Positions 1-10,251 are shown, counted from the first letter of the stretch. The stretch: 64,000 nucleotides of DNA from Candidatus Pacebacteria bacterium RIFOXYA1_FULL_38_18 (GCA_001787405.1 MFWV01000011.1:48857-112856); one strand, 5' to 3'. Numbers and translations: made by a program. The notes: a model not told the origin generated them from the letters alone.

Positions 1-201
1 AATCAGTCAGTCAATCAGATGGCTCAGGCTAATCAACCGACTCAACCAATTAATCAATCAGCTAATCAATCAGCCGATCAGCCAATTTCTCAAACTTCAG
101 CTCAATCAGCTAATATTGATAAAAAAGAAAAGGACGAACAATCACCTTCTTACTCTGGTCACTACGACATAAACGACTACTCACCGCCAACTTCCCCTTG
201 A
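1..201 (+). CDS. 3' end of a gene running off the window start; Q/S/N/P-rich low-complexity C-terminus
   Basis: Frame 1 is open from nt 1 to the TGA at 199-201. ORF-track entry 19..201 is its internal Met. The DNA is made of AATCAG/TCAGTC-type short repeats. Confidence 0.3.
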   Translation, partial: NQSVNQMAQANQPTQPINQSANQSADQPISQTSAQSANIDKKEKDEQSPSYSGHYDINDYSPPTSP

Positions 202-318
202 CAGTTTGTGGGAAACTATGTGTATAACTATGAACGATCAATGGTAGCTACTAACTACCATGTAGATTACATTTATTATCCTTAGTTTTTTAATACAGCC
301 GCCCAAGAAAAAAATAGT

Positions 319-1809
319 ATGTTTACTACCACTCTCGAAGAGAGCGAAATTATTAAAATCTGGTCTGCTACTCAAAAAGAATTAGCGGATCAATTAACTC
401 CAGCAGTTTTTAATACCTGGATTGTTTCCAATCCTTTGACAAAAATTGAGGTTGACCAACAAAATAACGCCTTAGCCACTATTGTTTGTCCTACTGCTTT
501 CCATGCCACCAATCTTAAAAAAAATCTTTATACCCAAATCAAGCAATCACTGGAAAAACAACTCAAAAAAAACACCGAACTATCTTTTATAGTTGGTTCT
601 CCAGTAAATAAACAAACAGATGATGAACAAAAAAATTCTACAAGAAAAGCTACTATTGGTAATAATTTTTTAAAGATACCCCATCAAAAATCTCCCTCAC
701 CTACCGTAGATGAACTATTCTCGGCTCACACCCTACAAGCTACTATTCAAGACAGAATGAAGGCTGCGGCGCGTAGAGTAGGCCTACGCCCCGATTACAC
801 CTTCAAAACCTTTGCCGTCTCCACTAGTAACGAACTAGCCCACGCCGCAGCCACCGCAGTCTCCAATAATCCAGGTACTACCTATAATCCCCTTTTTCTT
901 TATGGCGGGGTAGGGGTTGGAAAAACTCATCTAATGCATGCCATTGGCTACAACGTGCTTCAACAAAATCCGGAAACGAATATTATTTATAGAACTGGAG
1001 AAGAATTCACAAATGAAATCGTAGCAGCCATTCAAACCAAGAAAGCCTTTGACTTTAAAAGAAAATATCGCAATGCTCAAATATTAATGATCGATGATAT
1101 CCAATTCATTGCCGGAAAAATGACTGTTCAGGAAGAATTTTTTCACACCTTCAATGCTCTCATCAAACAATCCTTCCAAATCATTCTTACTTCCGATCGC
1201 CCCCCTCATGAAATTAATCTCATGGAAGATAGATTACGCTCTCGTTTTGAAGCTGGTTTGATGATTGATATCCAACAACCTTCTTTTGAACTGAGAACTG
1301 CCATTTTACTAATTAAAGCTCAAGCCAATAATTTAGATCTCCCCATGGATTTAGCTCAACATATCGCTTCCAAAGTTGATAGTGCTAGACGCATTGAGGG
1401 TATTGTCACTCAACTTCGATCAGAAATAGAATTAAAAAATAAAGTCATTTCTCTTGAGTTGATTCAGGAAATTACTAAAAGCGAAAAAATTAATCATCAA
1501 AATATTTTACGAGTTAATCCTCAAGACGTTATTAAAACCGTAGCCAATCATTACCGTATCAAACAAAGTGCTGTCAAAGGCAAAAGACGTACAAAAGAGG
1601 TAGTAACCGCTCGTCATACTGCCATGTTTTTCTTGAGGAAAGAACTTAATATGCCTTTAGAGGAAATTGGGAAGTGGTTCTCGGGTAGAGATCATACTAG
1701 TGTTTTGCATGCTATTAAAAAAATAGAGAAAGAAACTATTGAAGAAAACTTGGTTCAGCAAGATATTTCTGCAATAAGAATGTCGCTTAATGCTCTTTCA
1801 AAATCATAG
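319..1809 (+). CDS. dnaA: chromosomal replication initiator DnaA
   Basis: 496 aa with AAA+ Walker A GGVGVGKTHL and Walker B ILMIDDIQF. The C-terminal DnaA-box-binding domain (VTARHTAMFFLRKEL...GRDHTSV) is present. dnaN follows. Confidence 0.95.
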   Translation: MFTTTLEESEIIKIWSATQKELADQLTPAVFNTWIVSNPLTKIEVDQQNNALATIVCPTAFHATNLKKNLYTQIKQSLEKQLKKNTELSFIVGSPVNKQTDDEQKNSTRKATIGNNFLKIPHQKSPSPTVDELFSAHTLQATIQDRMKAAARRVGLRPDYTFKTFAVSTSNELAHAAATAVSNNPGTTYNPLFLYGGVGVGKTHLMHAIGYNVLQQNPETNIIYRTGEEFTNEIVAAIQTKKAFDFKRKYRNAQILMIDDIQFIAGKMTVQEEFFHTFNALIKQSFQIILTSDRPPHEINLMEDRLRSRFEAGLMIDIQQPSFELRTAILLIKAQANNLDLPMDLAQHIASKVDSARRIEGIVTQLRSEIELKNKVISLELIQEITKSEKINHQNILRVNPQDVIKTVANHYRIKQSAVKGKRRTKEVVTARHTAMFFLRKELNMPLEEIGKWFSGRDHTSVLHAIKKIEKETIEENLVQQDISAIRMSLNALSKS

Positions 1810-2087
1810 TTTTCCCCAAATGTGGAAAACTTTGTAGAAAACTCTGTGGATTATGTTTGGAAAACTGTGGATAATTTTGGGCAATTGTGTAAAGCCCTTG
1901 CATTTTTCCCCGCTTTTCCCTCACAATACACATAGTTTTTCAGGTGGTAAATCAAGAGAATCCACAATGCTTTTTATGTTTTTACTTGATAAAAAGCGCG
2001 GTTTTTCCCACTTATCCACCGTCTCTATTACTACAACAAATATAATTAAGTAATAAGAAGATAGGAATGAAAAAAATAAAATAAATC
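1810..2087. promoter_or_regulatory. oriC: candidate oriC: DnaA-box cluster plus AT-rich unwinding region between dnaA and dnaN
   Basis: TGTGGAAAA at 1821-1829 (rc TTTTCCACA). TGTGGATTA at 1846-1854 (rc TAATCCACA). TGTGGATAA at 1866-1874 (rc TTATCCACA, a perfect box). GAATCCACA at 1958-1966. TTATCCACC at 2012-2020. An AT-rich tract follows at 2040-2087. Confidence 0.6.
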
Positions 2088-3194
2088 ATGAAAATTACAG
2101 TTTTACAAGAAAACCTAAAAAATGCTTTAGGTAGTTTGCAAAAAGTTATTCCCAACCGACCGCAATTACCAATTCTTTCATCTGTTTATCTAAAAGCAGA
2201 AAAAGATTCATTGGTTCTGGCTGCCACAGATCTTTATTTGGGAATCAAAAATACTATCCCAGCCAAAGTGACTAAGGGAGATACTCTGGTAGTACCAGGA
2301 GATATTCTTAAGAATTTGATATTTTCTTTTTCAGCTGGAGAAATAGAAATAGAAAAAAAAGATAATTCTCTTATTTTAAAATATGGTAATAGTATCTCCT
2401 CAATCCCCTATCAATCAGCAGAGGATTATCCATTATTTCCAGAGATATCAGGCGAGAGTTATTCGCTTTCTACTAAGCTATTGGAAAAAATAGAAAAATA
2501 TATTTCTTTTGCTGCTGCTATCGATCAAACCAGACCTATTTTAGCTTCATTATTATTTTCATTTAAAAAACAGGGATTAGAGATAGTAGGTACAGACGGT
2601 TTTAGATTGGCTACTCTAAATACGACTGAAAGTATTAAAGATTTTGAGGAAGATCTTCTCATTCCAGTTAAGGCTTTAAGTGAAGTATTTCGTATGGTTT
2701 CCCAAACAGAAGAAAAACAGGTGGAGTTTAAAATTGCCAGAGAATTAAAACAAGTTTTGTTTTCCATTAATGGTGCTCAAATATATGTTCGTTTGATTGA
2801 AGGCGAATATCCACCTTATAAAAAAATTATTCCACCTGATTTTGAACACAAATTTGCTTTGGATTGGGATGAATTAAATACACAAGTCAAGAGAGCCTTT
2901 ATTTTTTCCAGAGATATTTCCAACATTATTCGCTTTGAGATTAGTAAAGGTAGATTGGAGATAAAAGCTAGTTCACCCGCCCATGGTGAATATCAGGGTG
3001 AGATTAGCATCTCTCATCAGGGAAATCCATTGGAAATAGCCTTTAATGCTGTTTATTTATTGGATTTTTTGGCTACCCAACGAGCGAGTGAATTAATTTT
3101 TATGATGAATGAAAGTCTAAAACCAGCAGCGTTCAAAATTCAGGAGGAAAAAGATTATTTATATATCGTAATGCCTTTTCGCACTACAGACTAA
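2088..3194 (+). CDS. dnaN: DNA polymerase III beta sliding clamp
   Basis: 368 aa, immediately after dnaA and oriC. Typical N-terminus MKITVLQENLKNAL and a three-domain length. Confidence 0.9.
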   Translation: MKITVLQENLKNALGSLQKVIPNRPQLPILSSVYLKAEKDSLVLAATDLYLGIKNTIPAKVTKGDTLVVPGDILKNLIFSFSAGEIEIEKKDNSLILKYGNSISSIPYQSAEDYPLFPEISGESYSLSTKLLEKIEKYISFAAAIDQTRPILASLLFSFKKQGLEIVGTDGFRLATLNTTESIKDFEEDLLIPVKALSEVFRMVSQTEEKQVEFKIARELKQVLFSINGAQIYVRLIEGEYPPYKKIIPPDFEHKFALDWDELNTQVKRAFIFSRDISNIIRFEISKGRLEIKASSPAHGEYQGEISISHQGNPLEIAFNAVYLLDFLATQRASELIFMMNESLKPAAFKIQEEKDYLYIVMPFRTTD

Positions 3195-3220
3195 AAAACA
3201 GTCTGGTATAATTCCACATC

Positions 3221-3370
3221 ATGCCAAAAAGAACTTGGAACCCTAAAAAGAAAAAACGTTTACGAACTCACGGTTTTATAGAACGGATGAAAACCCTGAC
3301 TGGCCGTTCTGTATTAAAACGTCGTCGCGCTAAAGGGCGACAAAAACTCACTGTGGTTAAGAAAAAATAA
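3221..3370 (+). CDS. rpmH: 50S ribosomal protein L34
   Basis: Hand translation gives [49 protein letters not shown] (49 aa). This is the canonical L34 sequence. It is absent from the ORF track because it is under 60 aa. It sits upstream of rnpA as usual. Confidence 0.9.
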   Translation: MPKRTWNPKKKKRLRTHGFIERMKTLTGRSVLKRRRAKGRQKLTVVKKK

Positions 3371-3411
3371 CTACGTGTTTAAGTTTGCGTGAGCACTTAT
3401 ACTAAAGCAAT

Positions 3412-3750
3412 ATGCTTGCTCGTTTTCATAGACTCAACTTTCGTTTGCAAAAAGATAGAGATCTTTTTCGTTTTGGAAAATTTCAGCAAGAGAAGAATTT
3501 CCAATTAGCCTATGATTTTAAAGGTGAAAATTTTCAATTTAGTGTAATGGTTCCCAAAAAAATCATTAGTTCTGCTGCAGCTAGAAATGCTCTACGTCGT
3601 ACAATTACTACAGCGCTACCTAGAGAGTTTGTAGAATTTAATAATTTACGCCTGGCAATAAAGATTACTTCCAGAGATGCTACTTTACTCAAACAAACAG
3701 ATTGGAAGAATTTTTTTGATAATTTATTCAAAAAATTATCAGTGCAATAA
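3412..3750 (+). CDS. rnpA: RNase P protein component
   Basis: 112 aa, basic, directly downstream of rpmH. N-terminus FHRLNFRLQKDRDLFRFGK is typical of RnpA. Confidence 0.8.
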   Translation: MLARFHRLNFRLQKDRDLFRFGKFQQEKNFQLAYDFKGENFQFSVMVPKKIISSAAARNALRRTITTALPREFVEFNNLRLAIKITSRDATLLKQTDWKNFFDNLFKKLSVQ

Positions 3751-3831
3751 ACTCAATTCTAAATAAAAAATCAGTTTAGAAAACTCAACTTAAAAAGACC
3801 GACTTAAAAACCTAATCTAAAAAACTCAACG

Positions 3832-4029
3832 ATGTTTAATAAAAAAGCTTTTAATATTTATCGATCTTTGGAGCCGATTAAACAAAGAATTCTTTTTACA
3901 GCTTTTGGTTTTAATAGCCACTGTAAACATTTTCCCACCTGTAGCGTTTATACTGAAAAACAAATTAACAAGCATGGTACAATCATGGGATCTTTAAAGG
4001 GATTTATAAGAATTTTAACTTGTTGGTAA
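3832..4029 (+). CDS. yidD: membrane protein insertion efficiency factor YidD
   Basis: 65 aa with the conserved C(K/R)xFPTCSxY motif (CKHFPTCSVYT). It lies between rnpA and yidC. Confidence 0.75.
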   Translation: MFNKKAFNIYRSLEPIKQRILFTAFGFNSHCKHFPTCSVYTEKQINKHGTIMGSLKGFIRILTCW

Positions 4030-4030
4030 T

Positions 4031-4780
4031 ATGAATTTTTTAATCACACAATTTATCCAATTATTGTCTTTTTTAAATGAATTTTTGGGCAGTTTAGGCT
4101 GGTCAATTATTGCTTTTACTCTATTGGTTAGGCTTGTTTTATTACCCATCACTCTCTCTTCTATTCGTGCTCAAAAAAAACTAAAAGACCTACAACCAGA
4201 ATTAAAGAAAATATCTGGTAAATTTAAAAATAATAAACAAGCTTTACAACAAGCTCAAATGGAGTTGTATAAAAAATACAATATTAATCCACTGGCTGGT
4301 TGTTTACCCCAAATTGTTCAGATTTTCGTCTTGATTATTCTTTACCGCGCCTTATTGGATTTCCTAGGAAATGGTACTGCCAATGGAACTAATTTACAGT
4401 TTTTTTGGTTAAATTTGGGAGAACCAGATAATACCTATATTTTGCCAATTTTAGCTGGTGTTAGTCAACTTTTCTTATCTTTTATGATTGCTCCTGGTGC
4501 AGAAATTCCAGATGTAGTATCCAATAAAAGCAAGAAAAAGAAGATTCAAGAAGCCAATAAAAAAGAAGAGAAAACTGCTGATATGGCCGCTACCATGCAA
4601 CAACAAATGTTGTTTATTATGCCTCTGATGACCGGCTTTTTAGCGGCACGCTTTCCTTCAGGATTAGCACTCTATTGGGTGGCAGCCACGATTTTTAGTA
4701 TAGTTCAGCAATATTATGTTTCTGGCTGGGGAGGTTTAACTTCCTATTGGCAAAGATTGTTAATTAAAATTAAAAAATAA
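4031..4780 (+). CDS. yidC: membrane protein insertase YidC/Oxa1 family (short form)
   Basis: 249 aa polytopic protein in the rnpA-yidD-yidC-jag context. Confidence 0.8.
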   Translation: MNFLITQFIQLLSFLNEFLGSLGWSIIAFTLLVRLVLLPITLSSIRAQKKLKDLQPELKKISGKFKNNKQALQQAQMELYKKYNINPLAGCLPQIVQIFVLIILYRALLDFLGNGTANGTNLQFFWLNLGEPDNTYILPILAGVSQLFLSFMIAPGAEIPDVVSNKSKKKKIQEANKKEEKTADMAATMQQQMLFIMPLMTGFLAARFPSGLALYWVAATIFSIVQQYYVSGWGGLTSYWQRLLIKIKK

Positions 4781-4787
4781 AGAGCAT

Positions 4788-5252
4788 ATGAAAAAGATTA
4801 AAGATAGGATCTTAAGAATTTTTGATTTTTATGAAATTGAAGAAGCAGATATTGATTTTGAAGAAGTAAAACAAAACGAAAAAATTTATTTAAACATCCT
4901 CTTACCAGAGGATCAAGCAAAGCATTTTATTGGTAGTAGAGGTGAAACGTTGGAAGCATTGGAGCTTTTGACAAGACTAGCTCACTTGGACGAGTTGAGC
5001 GAGGGAGAAAAGTTAATAATTGACATTAATGGTTACCGCAAGGAGAAAGAAGAAAAACTCCGAGAACGGGCGATTAGAGCAGCTCAAGGGGTCATTGAAA
5101 CTGGGCGCGAATATATTTTTGCTGATTTAAATTCCTATGAGCGCTATCTCGTACATAGCGCTATTGGAGAAAATCAGGAATTAAGTCAAGTAGAGACTGT
5201 TTCTGAAGATGATGCTTATGGTCGGGTTTTGATCATCAAACTTAAAGTTTAA
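4788..5252 (+). CDS. jag: Jag/KhpB-like RNA-binding protein (KH plus R3H domains)
   Basis: 154 aa. KH-like GSRGETLEALELLTRLA and R3H-like LNSYERYLVHSAI. It follows yidC. Confidence 0.7.
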   Translation: MKKIKDRILRIFDFYEIEEADIDFEEVKQNEKIYLNILLPEDQAKHFIGSRGETLEALELLTRLAHLDELSEGEKLIIDINGYRKEKEEKLRERAIRAAQGVIETGREYIFADLNSYERYLVHSAIGENQELSQVETVSEDDAYGRVLIIKLKV

Positions 5253-5263
5253 TTTAATAGAAC

Positions 5264-5680
5264 ATGCAATTAACTATTCACACTGATGGAGGTTCTCGGG
5301 GCAATCCCGGCATTTCTGGCGGAGGAGCCGTGGTTTTTCAAGATGATCGAGAAATACATTCTATGAGTGCTAGTTTTGGAATAAAAACCAATAACGAGGC
5401 AGAATACTTGGCAGTGATAATGGCTCTAAAATGGTTGAAAAAATTTTCTCAGAAACAATCAATCAAACAAGTAAAGTTTTTTCTTGACTCAAAACTGGTT
5501 ACAGAACAACTCAATAAGGCTTGGAAAATCAAAGAACCACGTTTGAGAACTTTAGCTCATAATTGTTGGGAAATTATCGAAACACTCCCCTATTCAGTTA
5601 TTTTTTCTCATGTGAGACGTGAGAAAAATGCCGAAGCAGATTTGCTAGCCAATCAAGCGATGGATACAGCTACAATGTAA
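5264..5680 (+). CDS. rnhA: ribonuclease HI
   Basis: 138 aa. IHTDGGSRGNPG, EAEYLAVIMALKW and the C-terminal NAEADLLAN are RNase H fold catalytic motifs. Confidence 0.8.
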   Translation: MQLTIHTDGGSRGNPGISGGGAVVFQDDREIHSMSASFGIKTNNEAEYLAVIMALKWLKKFSQKQSIKQVKFFLDSKLVTEQLNKAWKIKEPRLRTLAHNCWEIIETLPYSVIFSHVRREKNAEADLLANQAMDTATM

Positions 5681-5690
5681 GTAGCTGTCT

Positions 5691-8642
5691 ATGTCTCGTT
5701 TAGAAACCTTACCGGCATCCCAAAATCAGCGCGTCCTCTTAATTGGAGCTCAGACGTGGTTATTTTCTTTAATCAAAGAGAGATTTATTGACTACGATAT
5801 CCAAGTGATTGAAGTAACTGAGATTGATTTTCTAAAAATTGATCACCAGAGTTTACATCTAGAAACCATTTATAAAATTATCTGGTGGGTTGACTTCACC
5901 GATTTGAGGACTCAGCAATTGGTGTCCAATAATCTCCAATCAATGAAGGATATTTCATTCATTATTTTGGGTAAATTACCAGAATTATTCCTATTGGAAA
6001 CAGAGAAATTACCTCAAGAGATTACTAAAGCTCAAGAATTTTTTGTCAATCTTGCCGGAAAATTTACTTCAGCTCAATTGTTTTTTGTCAGAGATTTGGT
6101 AAATGAGGAAGAATTATCAGTAATTTTTCAATTTGTTTTTCGAGGGTTTAAAAAAAACATTCTCCTAGATCCTCAGGCTCACTGGTTTTTCTGCACTCGG
6201 CGAGATTTTTTTAAAGCCATCGAGCCCTATCTAGTCAGACCCCATGCCGTGCAACGAGTCTTAATCCAGGGTAAAAAAATTATTAGTAGTGTGATTCTAA
6301 AAAAAATAGTGGATTTATTAGCGCGTTATTACAATCTTTCCTTCAAAGTAATTTCTGTTATCGCCGAACGCCACTCTCCCCCACTCTTGGGTTTTGCAGA
6401 AGCTACCATAACATCACAAACAACGAATTTTATTGATGACTTTATTCGTCAAAAAAAATCGTGGCAAAAAGTGGCTGAGGATCTCCCCTTTCCTTCTGAA
6501 AAACATCTCTATCAAGACCTTTTAGAATCAAACGAAGATCGGCCTTTAGACAATATTCAGTTAAATGAATCAATTGAACTGATGAAAGAGAATTATTCTG
6601 AGAGAAATTCAATAAATGGTAAAAAGCCAAAAGTTTCTATTTCCGAGTCTCAAAGTAATTTTGAGCAACAGGAGGTTGATAAAGAAAAAAGATTGATAAA
6701 TGGGGAAGAAATTACAAAAGAACCTGTGGAAGAAGAGAAGATAGAAAGGGAACTAGCTCGCATTTTTCATCAGCAAAGAGATGAAAAAAAGCAAAAAAGA
6801 ATTGGTTTTAAAATAAAAATAATCAAAAAAATAGCCCAAAAATCCAAAAAAAATAAAACACTTTTTTTTGGCGGAATGGTTGCCGTGTTTGTGGGGGGAG
6901 TAATTCTTTCTCTCTGGGGAATATTATTTCTTACCACTGTTTTTGCTCGCAAAGAAGTGATGGCTTTTTTCACGACAAATTCTTCTCAAACAAAGCAGGT
7001 ATATCAACCTGATTTCTGGACTCAAGCATTAATTTCTCAAACAAATTTTTATCAAAATTTTTTGGATAAATCCTGGCTTGGAGCTAGTGGCGAGTTGGCA
7101 GAATTTAGTCAAGATTTTACTCAACTCAGTCAACAGCAAATAGAAATTAAAAATTTGGGAGGGCAATATCTTTTAAGTTTATTGAGTGGAAAAGAGGCTT
7201 TATCAGATTTATCGTCCTTACTGAATGAAAAACTGACCGAGGTTCAAAAATCAACCAATAAGATAGTTAATTCCGCAGAACTGGTTTTACCAGGCATATT
7301 AGATTCAGAAAATGATTGGTTGACGGCTTTTCAGCAAACCACTCAAAATCAAGCCCTAGCACTTCAACTGCCAGACCTATTAAGCTCTATTTTTGGAGGA
7401 GAAGGAAAGCGTACCTACGCAGTATTATTACAAAACAATTTAGAATTAAGACCAACAGGTGGTTTTATTCAAGCAATTGGTTTTCTCACGTTTGATCAAG
7501 GATTGTTAATTGATAGCCAAATTGTTAATCCTTATGATCTTGATCAGCGAGTGTTGGCCTCGGTTTTGGCTCCAACAGAGATAAGAAAATATTTGGGAGA
7601 AAATAATTGGTATTTGCGTGATAGTAATTGGAATCCGGATTTTCCAGAAACTGCCTTAAGAGTATCTTGGTTTATTCGTCAAGCAATTGGCCTGCAGGTG
7701 GATGGGGTTTGGGCCATTAATTATCTTGCTCTACAAGATATGTTGGAAGCAATTGGCCCATTGGAATTAGCCAATTATAATGAGCTATTAACAGAGAAAA
7801 ATCTTTTGGAAAGAGTAGAGTTTCATTCAGATGATGAGCTAACCAATGTTAAAGAACAACAACAAGATTATGCCACCACTGTTTTTAATCAATTTTTATT
7901 GCAATTACAGACAATGTCACCAGAGCAAGCTACGGCGTTTTTGGATACTTTACAACTTGGTTTAACCAACAAACAAATTTTGGTTAGCCTATTTGACCAG
8001 GAACAGGCAGAGCTTACAGAGAAAATGGGTTGGAATGGTCAGATAATTAATCCAATTTGTCCCACTCGATTTTCACAAGTAACTTGTTTGGTTGATCAAA
8101 TTTTTCAAGTAGAAACAAACATTGGACTGAATAGGGTAGGGGCTTATATCAAAAGAGAAATAGAACATCGCGTAGATTTGAGTGACGAAAAAATTGCTCA
8201 TACTAGATCAATAATTTTTAAAAACACCAGTCGTTCCGATGGTTGGCCCCTGGGTTCTTACAAAACCTATCTTCGTTTTATTCTGGACGGGGAAGCTCAG
8301 CCCAGTTCCATAAGCATTGATGGTCGAAAAATCGTGGGCGATCAAGTGATGATCTATGGAGAAGGTGGTAGGCGAGTGGTGGGAGTGCCGGTAGAAGTAC
8401 CCAAGCAAGCAACGGTTACAGTGGAGTTTTATTACTTGACCGAGACAATACCTCAAGAATCATTCTCCTATTTATTATTTGATCAACAACAATCTGGAGT
8501 AGAGGAGACACCAACCAAGATTGTTATTTATAATTCCGATCAAAAACCAAGCCTAATAGCTCCTCGAGCTGAGTTATTTGGCAACTCGGTGGAATTTAAT
8601 CAAATCAAGAACGAGCATCTATTTGTGGGAGTACGCTATTAA
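5691..8642 (+). CDS. large single-pass membrane protein (about 390-aa cytoplasmic N-domain, TM, about 570-aa extracytoplasmic domain); function unknown
   Basis: 983 aa. One strong TM (FFGGMVAVFVGGVILSLWGILFLTTVF). Downstream RPTGGFIQAIGF motif. No recognisable catalytic signature. Confidence 0.55.
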   Translation: MSRLETLPASQNQRVLLIGAQTWLFSLIKERFIDYDIQVIEVTEIDFLKIDHQSLHLETIYKIIWWVDFTDLRTQQLVSNNLQSMKDISFIILGKLPELFLLETEKLPQEITKAQEFFVNLAGKFTSAQLFFVRDLVNEEELSVIFQFVFRGFKKNILLDPQAHWFFCTRRDFFKAIEPYLVRPHAVQRVLIQGKKIISSVILKKIVDLLARYYNLSFKVISVIAERHSPPLLGFAEATITSQTTNFIDDFIRQKKSWQKVAEDLPFPSEKHLYQDLLESNEDRPLDNIQLNESIELMKENYSERNSINGKKPKVSISESQSNFEQQEVDKEKRLINGEEITKEPVEEEKIERELARIFHQQRDEKKQKRIGFKIKIIKKIAQKSKKNKTLFFGGMVAVFVGGVILSLWGILFLTTVFARKEVMAFFTTNSSQTKQVYQPDFWTQALISQTNFYQNFLDKSWLGASGELAEFSQDFTQLSQQQIEIKNLGGQYLLSLLSGKEALSDLSSLLNEKLTEVQKSTNKIVNSAELVLPGILDSENDWLTAFQQTTQNQALALQLPDLLSSIFGGEGKRTYAVLLQNNLELRPTGGFIQAIGFLTFDQGLLIDSQIVNPYDLDQRVLASVLAPTEIRKYLGENNWYLRDSNWNPDFPETALRVSWFIRQAIGLQVDGVWAINYLALQDMLEAIGPLELANYNELLTEKNLLERVEFHSDDELTNVKEQQQDYATTVFNQFLLQLQTMSPEQATAFLDTLQLGLTNKQILVSLFDQEQAELTEKMGWNGQIINPICPTRFSQVTCLVDQIFQVETNIGLNRVGAYIKREIEHRVDLSDEKIAHTRSIIFKNTSRSDGWPLGSYKTYLRFILDGEAQPSSISIDGRKIVGDQVMIYGEGGRRVVGVPVEVPKQATVTVEFYYLTETIPQESFSYLLFDQQQSGVEETPTKIVIYNSDQKPSLIAPRAELFGNSVEFNQIKNEHLFVGVRY

Positions 8643-8986
8643 CATTATTAGTTATTAAATCAGCATTATTAATTTCAAAAATAAAAAACAACTCAAAACA
8701 CGTTGTGAAAATATACTGTTTACTAATTATTCATTGGTTTTTATTCGCCCCACTTAGATTAAAAATTGATTAAAAAATCCTTAAAAAATGCCAAAATTAT
8801 TTTTTTAGGTTTTGCCCTTTTCACGTGAGCTCCCTCTGGTGTACATTAAAAAATCCTTAAAAAATCGAGTTTTCTCAATTATTTAATAATGATTTGTGTT
8901 AGAATGTGCGCTTACTTTTAATCGATTAAACTAATTACTTGAATTAATTGATTAAATCAATCGACCATCAAGTTAAATAAAAAATT

Positions 8987-9670
8987 ATGACCAAAATTAC
9001 TTTCCCAGTTCAAAAACGGGCAACTCAAAAACCAAAGGAACTTCGTCGAGAAGGAATTATTCCAGCCAATATTTTTGGCGATGGCGACTCGATTGCCATT
9101 CAGGCGGATACGCTTGGTTTTAGTAAGCTTTATGAACAAGTGGGAGAGACTGGACTAGTTTACTTAGAAATTGAAGGAGATGCTGATCAGCATCCAGTCT
9201 TGGTAGAAGAAGTGCAAACAGATCCAGTTAGTGGAGAGTTATTGCATGTTTCACTCAAACAAGTAAATCTAAAAGAAAAAATCGAGGCCGAAGTGCCGGT
9301 CGAGACAATCGGCGAATTTGATGTTCCTCAAGGTGTTTTGGTGGTAGTCAAAGACCAAATCGAAGTAGAGGCTTTACCAGCAGATTTACCAGAGAAATTT
9401 GAAATAGACATTAGTGCTTTAACTGAAATTGGCCAAATGGTAACTTATGCTGATCTGAAATATGATAAAAATAAGGTTCGTTTGATTTTGGGTGAAGAAG
9501 GTGAAGAAGAACCAGTGGTGTTGGTACAAGAGCAAAGAGCTGAGGAGCCAGAAGAAGAACCAGAAGTGATCGAAGGTGAAGAGAAAACCGAGGGCGAAGC
9601 TGAAGGTGAAAAAGCTGAGGATTCCAAAGAGGCTGGTGAGAAACCTGAGGAAGCTAAAAAAGCCGAGTAA
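8987..9670 (+). CDS. rplY: 50S ribosomal protein L25 / general stress protein Ctc with acidic C-terminal extension
   Basis: N-terminus MTKITFPVQKRATQKPKELRREGIIPANIFG is typical of L25. The last 60 aa are E/K-rich. Confidence 0.85.
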   Translation: MTKITFPVQKRATQKPKELRREGIIPANIFGDGDSIAIQADTLGFSKLYEQVGETGLVYLEIEGDADQHPVLVEEVQTDPVSGELLHVSLKQVNLKEKIEAEVPVETIGEFDVPQGVLVVVKDQIEVEALPADLPEKFEIDISALTEIGQMVTYADLKYDKNKVRLILGEEGEEEPVVLVQEQRAEEPEEEPEVIEGEEKTEGEAEGEKAEDSKEAGEKPEEAKKAE

Positions 9671-9813
9671 AAACTTGACTGAGATTTGGTTGAAGCTTGG
9701 TTTTGAATGAGTTGGAGTCTGGTTAAAAATTGATTATAGCTTGGTTGAAACTTGGTCAAGATTAATTTAAGCCAAATCTGGCAATCGATAATTTAAACTT
9801 CAAACTTGTCTTT

Positions 9814-10251
9814 TTAATCAATAAAAAAATCTCTATTTGGATTGATAAAACGTGCTAATTGTAAGTATTTATTTGCTTCTTCATATTGTTGCGCTTCATG
9901 AGCCAAAATGGCCAAATTTATATAATCGGCCTGAGGGATAAAGTTTTTTTTCAGGGTTTCAGTGCGGTAAGTTTGAAAAACTTCACTCAATTGCTCGTTT
10001 TTAATAGTGCGATAAACGGGAACTATCTCTTGACTATTTTCCAAAGAAATATTTAATTTGACAGCGTGTTGAGGCTGGGCGTTTGGTAACCAAATCAAGC
10101 CGGCTCCAAGCGCGATTAAACAGACAGTGAGGAGTAAATTGACCACCATCAGCCGAGTGATTTCCAACGGAAAGAAAATCAATTGACCAAAAGTCAGTCC
10201 AAGTTTGCCGATTAGTTTTAATGTAAAAAGAGGGAACTTAAGTTTCCACAT
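9814..10251 (-). CDS. hypothetical membrane protein
   Basis: 145 aa with one or two N-terminal TM helices. Confidence 0.45.
   Translation of the reverse strand: MWKLKFPLFTLKLIGKLGLTFGQLIFFPLEITRLMVVNLLLTVCLIALGAGLIWLPNAQPQHAVKLNISLENSQEIVPVYRTIKNEQLSEVFQTYRTETLKKNFIPQADYINLAILAHEAQQYEEANKYLQLARFINPNRDFFID

Noticed and set aside
1853-2053. 66-aa ORF between dnaA and dnaN
   Set aside because: It lies entirely within the DnaA-box cluster and AT-rich region assigned to oriC. It has no RBS and a non-protein-like composition.
9671-9813. TTGGTTGAAGCTTGGTT / TTGGTTGAAACTTGGTC direct repeats downstream of rplY
   Set aside because: They are short and lie in a convergent intergenic spacer. No coding or structural role is evident, possibly terminator-associated.
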